Shown here: positions 50,801-62,173 of the stretch, one piece after another
Position numbering within the stretch: the first letter of the stretch is position 1
Layout: each line of letters opens with the position of its first letter
Assembly: GCA_043228905.1 (NCBI GenBank)
Contig: JBHGNT010000008.1
Span: 20,088,001-20,152,000 of the forward strand
Direction: 5' to 3'
Source of the DNA: Azolla caroliniana
Lineage: Eukaryota; Plantae; Polypodiophyta
DNA: 64,000 nucleotides
The notes under the pieces: model-generated
What the model was told of the DNA's origin: nothing
What the model saw: the letters and a program-made list of their open reading frames with translations, nothing else
The model's database searches: none
Translations under genes and position numbers: made by a program

Positions 50801-53800
50801 CGAAAGCCAAAGTGGATGTCGGATGCCTCACACTTGAGCTTGAGGGGGTGTGTTGAGAGATCAAGCTCAACTTAGTTTAAATAGTTAGTCAACCATGTAA
50901 CTTCGTAGTTACCTAGATAGAATGTAGTTAGAAGTGTTGACTATAACGCCTTAAATAGGACCTCGTACTTAAGTGGGATATTCTAGATCCTCCACTCCCT
51001 AAGTACATTTAATATAGGACTTACACTTTTGTACCTATATTATCCTCACACATGAGATCTATATATACCTCATTGAAGGTATTTTTGTATTTGATGATGA
51101 TAATGCTAATTTAATATACAGTTAATCATCCCCCATCTTGTGTTGTTCATAAGTGTATCTTCCTCTCTTTCTTCCTCTCACACACATACACACACATATC
51201 ACTTAATCTTCTGCTTAGCTTAACTACATCACATAATTAGGTACTAATTAACCCTTGCTTAATTACTTACCTAATTATTAACAGTCTCCAACTACCGAGT
51301 CGACGCTTGGCCAAATCGAGTAGAAGCTGATTCGATCGAAATCGAATCCGAGCCAGTCGGTCGAGTTAATACTCGGCAAAATCAAGAACAGACTGAAGAG
51401 CGAGGGGAAACGGCCGAACAAGGAACCGATTTCGAATCGGCCGAAGAAGTCGAAGAAGAACCGATTGTACTAAATGGAGGCCGTAGATACCCCCTAAGAG
51501 AAAGGAGGCCCCCCCAAAGATTTCAGGATGAAGAGCGTGTACTGCTAACCGATGAGGGGGAGCCGGAAAGCTTTGAAGAAGCTAAGGAAGATACCCATAG
51601 CCGAAATTGGTTGAGTGCCATGCAAGAGGAGATGTATTCCTTGCATGAGAACCACACATATGAACTGACCAAACTGCCAAGAGGAAAGAGGGCACTTCGG
51701 AATAAATGGGTATACAAGTTGAAACCAAGAGATGGTGGGAATCCACCCAGGTACAAAGCACGAATTGTCATGAAAGGTTTTCAGCGGAAGAGGGGTGTCA
51801 ATTTCGACAAAATATTTGCCCCAGTGGTAAAGATGATGTCAATCCGAACCGTGTTGAGCATTGTGGCCAGCATGGATCTCGAAGTTGAGCAATTAGATGT
51901 CAAGACAACGTTTCTGCACAGTGATCTTGAAGAGGAGATCTATATGCACCAGTCGAAAGGATTTGTGAAGAAAGGTAAAGAGAACCTAGTATGCAAGTTA
52001 AGGAAGAGCTTGTATGGGTTGAAGTAAGCGCCTCAACAATGGTACTGAAAATTTGAATCCTTCATGACTGACAACAAGTACCACAAAACGTAGGCCGATC
52101 ACTGCATATTTGTGAAGAAATTCAATGGAGGAAATTTCCTCATCCTCCTATTGTATGTGGATGACATGTTGATTGTCGGATGGAACCATATGAAGATCTG
52201 AGGGCTGAAGAAGGCCTTGAGTGGGTTGTTCTCGATGAAGGATATGGTTCTGGCAAAGCAAATTCGGGGTATGCATATTGTTCAGGACCAAACAAAGAAA
52301 TTGATATGGATGTCACAAGAGAAGTACGTGACAAAGGTGATCCAAAGATACGGCATGGAAGGTGCAAAATTGGTTGGCTCGACACTGCTGACGAACTGCA
52401 AGCTAAGCAAAGATCAATGCCCGAAATCGAAAACCAAAAAAGCCGAGATGTCAAAAGTCCCCTATGCCTCGGCGGTTGGAAGCCTGATGTACGCGATGGT
52501 TTGTACTAGGCCGAACATTGGATACGTTGTCAGAGTAGTCAGCCTATATATGAGCAATCCCAGGAGAGAGCATTGGGCTGCCGTGAAGTGGATACTATGA
52601 TATCTGAGAGGCACTGCGAGGTTGTGTCTTCATTTCAGCTCAAGAAACCCCACATTGGAAAGTTACACGGATTCAGACATGTCGGTTGATGCAGATACCC
52701 GTCGATCCACGTCCGCATACATAATGACTAATGTAGGGGGAACCGTCTCGTGGCAATCAAGATTGCAGAAGGTCGTGGTGTTGTCACCACATAAGCCGAG
52801 TACATGACCGCAGTGGAAGCCGGCAAGGAAAGCTTATGGATGAAGGAGTTTATCGGTGAGCTGGATATTCGGCAGGAAGAATTCCAACTCTACTGCGACA
52901 ACAAGAGTACCATCCACCTTGCGAAAAATGTCGGCTACCACTTGAGTACAAAGCACATCCAATGGAGGTACCATTGGCTCTGAGAGTGAGTAGAAGAAAA
53001 AGAATTTGCTCCAGTGAAGATCCACATGGCCGAAAATGGATCAGATATGCTAACGAATGTGTTATCAGTCGAAAAGCTAAACGTGTGCCGACAAAGAGTC
53101 AATTTGGTGAAGTACCCCATGCCAGAGTGATGGGGGAGTTTGTTAGAAACATGTCCCTCTGGATGGGAAGTGAAACCGAAACCATAATCGTAATTGAAAA
53201 TTGAAATCGCTTCGGAAGACTATAATTGTAAATAGTCTAAAATGCCATTGTGGGCTATACTTGTAAATAGCTAGAAAGTTGCTTTTGTATATAAGCAACT
53301 AGGGCAAACTTTATAGTAAAGTGTAGTTGATCATTATTGTAAAGTTAGAATGAGCTAGTTGCCTCTGTAACCGTGAGTGAGAGAGTGAGAGTGTAACTCT
53401 ATAGCCATCTGTCAGACGAAGGAGAACTCGAGGTCGTTACATCCAAGTTCCGTAATTTGTACTTCCTCTCTACTATAGTGATATGTTTTTCTCGGGGTTT
53501 GTGGACCCCTGTGGTTTTTCCCATTTTGGGTTTTCCACGTAAAATATAGGTGTCTCTGTGTCTTCACGTTTTTCTTGCCCGTGCACTAGTTCTTGGTTTC
53601 TGCACACGAATACGAACGTGAAACCGGTTGTGGCCAGTCAATTCCTAACACTTTGTACTTGGGCTTCTCTAAGTCAGATACATATTTGTATCTGAAGACC
53701 CATTTGTAGGGTAGTGGCTTTCTCATGGTTGGTTGTTCGACCAACTCTCATGTTTGATTCTGATGAATCGAGTCCAACTCGGATTGTATGGTTTGTAGCC

Positions 53801-54424
53801 ATGTGTCAGCATCCGGTGTGGCTATAGCTTCTTTGTAAGTATTTGGTTTGCATGCATTCATGTAGTTGACGTAGTCGAGGCCCTGTTGATAAAACTTTGT
53901 AGGCCTTCTGACTCGTCCGGATCTCCTAGGTGCTGATGTTGTTGGTTTAAACTCTTCAGTCGGCTCGATCGGCCAATCGGTATTTTACTTGAACTGTCTT
54001 TAGGAGTCCTATTAGATGACTCATCCCTGTAGTAGAATTTTGGTGATGTCATGGCATCCTCCCTTTCTTCGAGATCAGTTGACTTAGAGGTAGAAGACTT
54101 AGCCGACTCGGTTCTATTTTTCCCTTTGGCCTTGGGTGGGTTAGTCGGGTCGACTTTATCGTTTCCGGCTTGCACCTTGTTGACTTTGCCTTTTTTGTCT
54201 TTGATGGCTTTGTCTTCGAGTTCGACTAGTGGACCTCCTACCAATTCGGAGTTGCCAGGTGTATTAACGGCTTGGTCGAGTTCGACTATTTGTCAAATCT
54301 TTGATTCGGCCCAGTGGGTCGGTCTTTGTACGGCTTCTTTCTCAATTTCGAATGAGGCCTTTTTTCCCACTTTTTTCTGTTGGTTCCACTCAAAGAAAAT
54401 GGAGTCTTCCATGAAGACTATGTC

Positions 54425-55111
54425 ACTACTCTAGAGGCGGAGTACATGGCAGTTGTAGAAGTCGGCAAGGAGATAATCTGGATGAAGGACTTCATCGGAG
54501 AGCTAGGGATCCAACAGGAGGAATACCGGCTCTACTGCAACAATCAAAGTGCCATCCACCTTGCAAAGAACGCAACTTACCATTCTCGGACGAAACATAT
54601 CCAGTGGAGGTACCACTGGATCCGGGAGAGAGTTGAAGATCAAGAGTTTGTGCTGATGAAGACCCACACGGAGTAGAACGGGTCAGATATGCTGACCAAG
54701 GTGTTGACAATCGACAAGCTGGATGCTTGCCGAAAGTGGATCGGGCTTGCAAGACATCCCATGCTGGAGTGAAGGGGGAGATTGTTGGGAAATCGGTCCC
54801 TCCGAATGGGATCCGGTGATGAATGAAGAGGACCCGGTGAGAACCAGAAGAGACCCCGAAACTGGATCGGATGGACCCGGTGAGAACCGGAAGAGAAGAC
54901 ATATTTGTAAATATGTTTTGAGTAAAGCCTATTGAGGCTATATTTGTAAATAGCCCTAAGTTCATATAAGTATAAATATGACTTAGGGCAATCACTTTGT
55001 CTGTGTGTGTGTGTGTGCTCTCTCCCTATTTTCCCATTTTTGTGTTTGATTCTCATTGAAGTGATTGAATACTTGGTTGTGGCTGAGCAATATTCCGCAC
55101 TATCCTCTACA
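54425..55111 (+). mobile_element. Copia-D 3' remnant (RNase H end, PPT, internally deleted LTR) inside Copia-A
   Basis: EAEYMAVVEVGKE...TKHIQWRYHWIRE; PPT gaagggggag; LTR 54783-55111 of the Copia-B family in opposite orientation. Confidence 0.88.
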
Positions 55112-56811
55112 GTTCTGTACCCAGCTTCGGCTAACATGCCGATGGAGACTAGACTCTTTTTCAGTGCGGGTACATGCCGGACTTGGTGCAGGACAATTGT
55201 GTTGCCAATTGACAATTGAATTGGTACTTCTCCTACTCCGGCGATTTTGCATTCCTGCCCATTGCCTAGTCAAATTGTGTCGATGGCGCCGACCGAATAG
55301 TTTGAAAACCATTCGATGTTGGGTGTCATGTGGAATATGGCACCAGAGTCCAGTAACCATGTATGTGTGTCTTGCACACTATAGAGGACTTATCTGATCC
55401 TCGAGTCCTCTAAGGAGAGGATTTGTCCTGATCGGGTGTTAGCAACATTGACTTGGTTGCCGACTAGAGAGTGGTTCGAGTTGGATCGTCCTCGATTCTG
55501 CTCGGATCGCCGACTACTCTCTTTCCTCTTGATTGACTAGCAGTTGGGAACATTGTGACCGGCTTTTCTACAATGGGTGTAGAACTCGCCTGATCTTCCC
55601 GTTCTCAACTTCGACCGATGTTGATCTCGCCTCGTTTTCGACCGATTAGTGTTTCGATTGGTTTTGTTGTCTTGTTCTTTCAATCAACTCGGTCGAGTGG
55701 TGGGCTTCTGCCAATTCGTTGATGGCGAGTCCCATCGATTTTCGTCGAATATCCTCGGTGAGGACTTGGTTGATCGTCTCATGTAGATTTAGGATCATAC
55801 GGCTATTGGCGAATGTTGTGCAGAATACCTCCCAACTCGTCAGCAAGCTCGATAGGAGGGCAAGGGATTTCCCTTCTTCTTTGAAGTTGATCCCTTGTGA
55901 GGAGAGTTTAGAAAATACCCGGCTGAAGGTGTTGATGTGGGAGGTTGTAGGATCCGACTCTCTCATCTTCATATTGAATAGTTGTCGAATCAATATGAGT
56001 TTCAACGAGGACTTCTTTTCGTATACCGCTTGCAACTTCTCCCATAATGAGAGAGTTATCGTCTCCTTGGCCATGTTGAAGTAGACGTTTTCGGCCAGAT
56101 GCATTCGGATGGTGGAGCGCGTGATTTCATCTACTGATCTCCACTCTTCGGTTGTCATCAAAGCAGGTTTTTCATTGTGTCGAATGGCTTCAACATGTCT
56201 TCTGATGATCAAGACATCTTGCATCATCTCCTTGCATAGGGCAAAGTTTTTTTTGGTCGAACTTTCGGATTTCAACTCTTGTACCAGATGTTGAAGCCAT
56301 ATTCTGTTTTGAAAGACTGTGAGATTTTTGACTGACCTAGTCTTTTTCTTCAGTTCTTTCTATTGTTTTGTTGCCGCCGAATAGTAGGTCGCTCTGATAC
56401 CACTTGTTAGATATGGTGTTCGGTATGTACGCGGAAGTATGTGGGGACCTATCGGTTATGCATAACAGACAACACAGATAGTATGACAGAGGAAACGGTA
56501 GATAGACAAACTCGAAGCTTTAATGGAAGCTCTCGTTATTTCTGTTCTCTCTCTCTCTCTCTCTCTCTCTACAAGACTCGAGGTACAAGAATGATCAACA
56601 GCTCCTATTACAACGTTAGGTTAGGGCTTATAACTCAAGCCCTAACTATTGGACGAGTTCACACTGGTAAGGATACAAAGTGGAAGGAGTCGGCCTTTTA
56701 TACCAAATGGTTCTTACAAAAGACAACATGCCAAGTATTAAAATTATAATGAACATGTCTTAATCATTCACCTATCATTAAATTTTGTTATTCGCACTAG
56801 ACAAATTTGCC

Positions 56812-57052
56812 ATGGCAACCTCCCTCCAAGCAATGCACAAAAATGCACGAGACAAGTAGAAGGTGCAACATGTGCCAAATTGAATACCTATGTTGTAGTG
56901 AATATGGCTTATTGTGGCACAGGTTGCTAGAGTGGCCCTTGCACTAACTACAGTTGCAATTGTCTCATCCATAATGAATAACATCTTTAAAACCTTCCCA
57001 TTGATGTTAGGAAGTATCAGCTCACCACATTCTTCACCAACATTGCCTCATG
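56812..57052 (+). pseudogene. Chitinase copy 3, heavily deleted pseudogene
   Basis: atggcaacctc, aggtgcaacatgtgccaa, cctatgttgtagt.aatatgg, ttattgtggcacaggttgctagagtggcccttgcact and ttcttcaccaacattgcc align with copy-1 exon 1. 57060-57365 resembles the copy-1 3' flank. Confidence 0.85.
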
Positions 57053-57887
57053 GTTGTAAATTGTAATCACTAAATAATGTAGATAATAATGAATTTAACC
57101 TCATGGTTAATGTCACAAGCTAGCCATGCCTAGTGTGATAATGTCAATCATAAATCTAATAATAATAGGCTCCAAATTAACTTCTCGACTATTTATGTTT
57201 GACAAAATCAAGGAGAAAAAAATTCAAGAAAATATTTAAGATTCAGCTAGTTTTACCAAGGTTGGACAAGGTGTTCCTAAATGTACTAACCCTACTTCAT
57301 CCATTGAACATCTAACCACTACATGAAATAACTTATACTCCTTTTAATGCTATACTTGCATGTCCTCCATGTGATAACTAAAGATAATAGCCCCAATGAT
57401 ATGATTTAACTACACATGATATATTAAGCATTTCAATCCCACCAATGGAGATTTTGTTAATATGTTCGCTATAATTTTTTTCCTTATTAACCAGTTCATG
57501 TGCCCCTACTGAATAGAATATGTATAGATAGTTTTCAGCTCAAAAACTCATCTATCTTCTTCCAATTTATCGATAATCTTTACCAAACAAAATTTAAGCT
57601 ATTCACCCATGTATGGTCTAGTATTTTCGCTTTTTTAACCCTTGCTGAAGAGTTATTCGGAAAGAGTGGGTATACATCGGATATTAACTCTTGCACTAGT
57701 CTTTTCTCTTTTTTGACAAGGTCATCGGTGAGGAATTATTTGGAAAGAGTGGATAAAGGGTGAATCTATTTATTCAATGAGAATGTTACAATGTGGCCAT
57801 TTTAAATGTGATAGCCAAAGCACATCATGCCAAGTTGTATTATTCAGCTAGCACTAGTTAGCATTTTCATATGACACATGTTTTTAT

Positions 57888-58773
57888 TCAACAAGAGAGG
57901 TTAGATCCCGGGTCTACACCCAAGGTGCCACAGAACGACTGGTAGAGCTGGATCCGGCTTTGTTGGCCATCTGGGTTGCTGGGGTTGCTTCCACACTCGA
58001 GGGCCCCGTTGATGGCATTGATGGTGGCGCCAAACCCGTTGCCATTCACGATGGCATCATGGCACGTGGGCGAAGCTTGGGTCATCCAGTACCAGACGGC
58101 CGTCTTGAAGGAGATGCCTGGATCGGATGCGACAATGCCGGGGTTGTTGATCCCATCGAACCCGATGGCGTCTCCGGCCGCCTTGTAGTTGTAGTTCCAC
58201 GTTAGTTGGATGGGGCCACGGCCATAGTACTGTACACCGGGTGCGCACGGGATACCGGACGAAGTGTCACAATAAGTGTCCTTGTTAATCTCCTCTATGT
58301 ATTGTCCACCTGAGACCACAAAATATATGTATATACCAACACATCATGGCTCCATAGATCCATACATAAAAATATATACATACATACATATAGAGCAAAA
58401 CACAGTGACAGACAGAGAATTATTAGGGTTTTTGGTTACTGTCTGTCTGTCTGTCTGTCACATTCATGATTCATCACATACTTCCTGTCTCGTGCGCTAT
58501 GTTGGCGAAGAACGCCGCGAGCTCGCGCTTCTGCACGTCGGAGCCGCCTGTGGTCCCGAAGCCGCCGTAGGAGCCGGCTGCGTCGAGGAAGGCGTCGTAG
58601 GTGTAGAAGCCGTTTGCAGGAGCCGAGTTCCGTTGGGAGAGGAACTGATCGAAGATGTCGCTGGTGATGATGGAGGAGACGCTATCCTGTGCCTCACAGA
58701 AGATGGAGGCGCCGTTCAGGAGCAGAAACGCCAAGAAGAAGGCGGCGATGGCGCCTCTGTATTCCTTCGCCAT
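57888..58773 (-). CDS. Chitinase copy 4: secreted GH19 without hevein domain, ~237 aa, intact
   Basis: Exons 58773-58482 (alternative ATG at 58782) and 58309-57888; same phase-1 intron after HETG. Signal peptide, [29 protein letters not shown]. Confidence 0.95.
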
Positions 58774-58944
58774 GGAAGTCATCGACAATAAAGTAAATAA
58801 ATATTAATGTTAATTATATCTGAATAAATACTTGCTTATTTTAATTCGCTAATTTTGTATGCCCTTGGACTCTGGAGACAGACACATATGTATGTATATG
58901 TGTGTGTGGATATATAATATACATATATATACACACACCCACAT

Positions 58945-58980
58945 GAAGAAGAAGAAGAAGAAGAAGAAGAAGAAGAAGAA
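58945..58980. repeat. (GAA)n microsatellite upstream of chitinase 4
   Basis: Seen directly. Confidence 0.95.
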
Positions 58981-59167
58981 AGCATCGTGAAATCAAAGTC
59001 TTTCGCACACACCCAAGGCACCACAATGTGTTTTTTTTCAAGAAAGGAACGCACCAAAAGTCTTTTCCACGAAAGGGACATGGTAATGGACCCTACGAAG
59101 TTGATGCAATATGATGTGCGATTGACCTGACCTTCTCACCATTAGGTGGATGTTTTAAAAAAAAGGT

Positions 59168-59368
59168 AGGGCTAATTGAACATAAAATGCAATGGGTTTG
59201 GAAAACCTAAGGCTTAAAAAAGTTGTGGTGCTTTCGCATTCATGTGGACATCCCCCGTCCACCTTGGAAAAGCTAGAGTTAATTGAGCATAAACATAATG
59301 GGTCTGGAAAACCTAGGCATGGAGCATAAAAGTTGCGGTGTTTTCCCACTCATGTTGACATTCCCCCA
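59168..59368. repeat. Diverged ~110-bp direct duplication in the chitinase 4 upstream region
   Basis: taattga.cataaa...aatgggt.tggaaaaccta...aaagttg.ggtg.ttt...catgt.gacat.cccc twice. Confidence 0.75.
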
Positions 59369-59613
59369 TAATGTTTGCCTTGAATCCTCAATTGAATAAG
59401 CTGCCCTGGTCTTTTGTCCTCTGTGTGTGTGTGTGTCAGGCACAACAACTACCTATCATTATATTGAAAATAAAAATATGGAGATATTATGGCAATTTAC
59501 TTTTCTAAGACACTTTTGTGGTTGTCGCAATTAGTTCGTTCTACAAGTTCAATTTTCATCATGTACAATGAATAAGCTGTTGAGTTTTCTTCATATAATG
59601 AAGAAGTTGTGTA

Positions 59614-59737
59614 TGTAGCTTGAAAATGCAAAAAAGACAAGATACAATGAATACGTTGAGTGTGTAGCTTGAAAATGCAAAAAAGACAAGATACAATGAA
59701 TACGTTGAGTATGTAGCTTGAAAATGCAAAAAAGACT
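59614..59737. repeat. 49-bp tandem repeat, ~2.5 copies
   Basis: tgtagcttgaaaatgcaaaaaagacaagatacaatgaatacgttgag repeated. Confidence 0.9.
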
Positions 59738-60749
59738 ATTCAGAAAATTCAACACCAAAATAAAGAAAGTATGTACCTTGTTGAAAACAACATCATCATC
59801 TCCAAATGAGGATGGAGATGTGTCATGTGAAGCTTAGTGAAAAGAACAAATTGGCATTTTGACTACAATCCACATTTTGGAATAATAAAGAAATGAAAGT
59901 TTTACTCAAACTTAATTAATTCAATGAGAAATTGGCCATAAGAGACGAGGAAAGAGTTACAACATGATGAAGAAAAAGGTGGGAATTTCTTGCTCCAGTG
60001 AAAGTTAGGAGAGTTAGTCTTGACAACACAAGTTATGAATTGTCAAAATGTGAACTCAATACGAACAAACAATGTCACCAATATGATCAGTGAACGAATC
60101 CATGATTAACTTTAGTTTGATATAAGTTATCTTTCATACGTATATTATGAAACCCTAGAGTAGGATGCATTTATCTCCGAGTAGTTGCTGAAATAACCAA
60201 TACTATGTTTCATGGGTCGTAAGCAATGGGCTCATGAGATACTTTAATGGGCTATTGGTCAATATTAAACCAAGAAAGATGGGGTTGGCTCGAGTTGATG
60301 ACTTCCAGACCCTAGTAACGGTTGGTTTTATGTTTTTCAACTTCCTTAGGATGCTCTTGATAGTTAAATGTTTTTAAGTGTGTGCATGTGTGACTTATGT
60401 GCAAGTTAAAGTGTTCAGATATTTCAGTAAATTAAAGAATGTTAGTGTATTTATGTAATTGTCTTGTGTGTACTCGTATATATACATGTACAGTAACCAT
60501 TCGGTTAACTATGTGTCCACTTAAGTGCACCAGTCTATTAAGTGCGCTTTTCATAGAAAATTACATTGTTTCATGACAAAATTACATGAAACAAAATTGG
60601 AACTATGTTCCAAACTTTCAAAAACAAGAAAATCATCAATAAAAATAGAAATTATGTTCCATACATTATTTCTACCTCTCCAATCATTAGGAAAAATCCC
60701 TCACAAATAAGTGCTATCATATTAGATGCACAAGCAAAATTCCCTATTA

Positions 60750-61250
60750 GAAGGTTGATTTCGTATGTTGAGGATCCAACTGATGCACAACAAGCAAAAT
60801 GTTCTACTAGAAGGTTGATTTCTTATGTTCGAGGAGCTAATTTCATGTAAAAAGCCCGATCATCATGAAAAAAAATCACGATTTCTTATGTTAGAGGAGC
60901 TAATTTCATGTAAAAAGCCTGATCATTGTAAAAAACAATTCATGATTTCTTATGTTAGAGGAGCTAATTTCATGTAAAACGCTCGATCATCGTTAAAAAC
61001 AATTCATGATTTCTTATGTTAGAGGAGTAAATATAGAAATAAATCTAATGATTAAAATAGCATTGACAAAGATTTACAAATCAATCTTTGAAGAGAAACA
61101 ACAATTTATTCAATTATTGCAATGTTTATTTTGAAATTTATGTTACAAATCAATGCTTTCATAGAAACCTTCACAAATTATTGCAATGTTTATAAATCAA
61201 TCTTTGAAGAGAAACAACTATTTATTCAATTATTGCAATGTTTATAAATG
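60750..61250. repeat. Tandem arrays (~65-bp unit x3-4, then ~115-bp duplication)
   Basis: gatttcttatgttagaggagctaatttcatgtaaaa units at 60817-61028; aaatcaatctttgaagagaaacaac at ~61078 and ~61194. Confidence 0.85.
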
Positions 61251-62173
61251 GCTCCTGGTTGTTTACATACCCATATTTAACGTTTAAATACGTATAGTAC
61301 CTCATCATTTGTATAGTATGTACTATACCTCAATGTTGTTCAGTCAAATATCATGTACATTTGTCCAATACGGTAATTAACGTATTTATAAAAAAACAGG
61401 TATAATACGTATTTATAAAGAAAATGTAAGTAAAACCCAAATAAAAAGCAAAAGAAAAAAAGATTTTAGTGAAAAAGAAGCCAAAGGAAGGAAGAAAGAA
61501 GAATAGAAGAGACGACGATGAAGAAGATGAAGAAGATGAAGAAGATGAAGAAGATGAAGAAGAAGAAGAAGAAGAAGAGAGAAAAGAAGACATAAACCTG
61601 TCCTGAGTGTGATAATTGCAGTAGATAGAAGATAGAGAAGAAGAAAACGAAGAAAAGAGAAACCTATCATGAGTGTGATAATCATAGACGATTCCTGATG
61701 GTTGTAACATACGTAGCATACCGTACGTGTACAATACGTATGCTACGTATTTTATAAGTATTCTAAAAAATATATATAAGTTCTTAGAATACGTATTTTA
61801 AAGGTAAAATACGTTGAATACGTTAAATACGTTGAATACAAAGATACTTGAAATTTGATTACTATAGAGTAAATACCAATTATCTTTATTCTCCATGGAT
61901 ACCACATGGTTATCTATGTTTCAATACACATGATATACATATTTTATAAATTAAAATGAAAGTGGTGAACACAATTGAAGTTTGAAATTCGAATCAAAAT
62001 GAAAACACATATCATTTCAACACTCAAATCGTGGAAAATGAATAGAGTGATCAAAATACTATTAGAATTTACTAATTTAGAACTTAGAATTTCTTCATAC
62101 TCATAGTTATTGGTTCTCTAATTCAAATGAATATGTAAAAACCAGTAATAAATGATCTTCATTCTATTTTCAA

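Larger units (their letters stand above)
42017..51283 (+). mobile_element. Copia-E nested in Copia-C; RT/RNase H deleted
   Basis: LTRs 42017-~42392 (3' end lost) and 50851-51283. Perfect TSD gtctc. PBS tggtatcagag at 47882. Gag-protease-integrase 47989-50690. PPT ttgagggggtg. Confidence 0.93.
35779..53650 (+). mobile_element. Copia-C nested in Copia-A
   Basis: LTRs 35779-36283 and 53141-53650. Perfect TSD ctttg. PBS tggtattaaagc at 36287. Gag from 36300. Pol segments 39495-41083, 41822-42016 and 51284-53130. PPT gatgggggag. Confidence 0.94.
28020..56708 (-). mobile_element. Copia-A, outer host of the nested stack
   Basis: LTRs 28020-28309 and 56405-56708. TSD ggtcc/ggttc. PBS 56391-56402, PPT 28311-28320. 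Gag from 56300. RT reads continuously across the insertions (PKYK|AQLVTKG at 53651/35778; LAYVVG|VVSQYMSN at 34997/29049). Confidence 0.92.

Noticed and set aside
58276-58791. 171-aa antisense ORF over chitinase 4
   Set aside because: Expected shadow ORF of a GC-rich coding strand.
58820-58945. Possible 5'-UTR intron of chitinase 4
   Set aside because: A ttcag acceptor exists, but no convincing donor can be chosen without transcript data.
61351-61734. Ser/Phe-rich membrane-like ORF
   Set aside because: Translation of (GAA/GAT)n low-complexity sequence.
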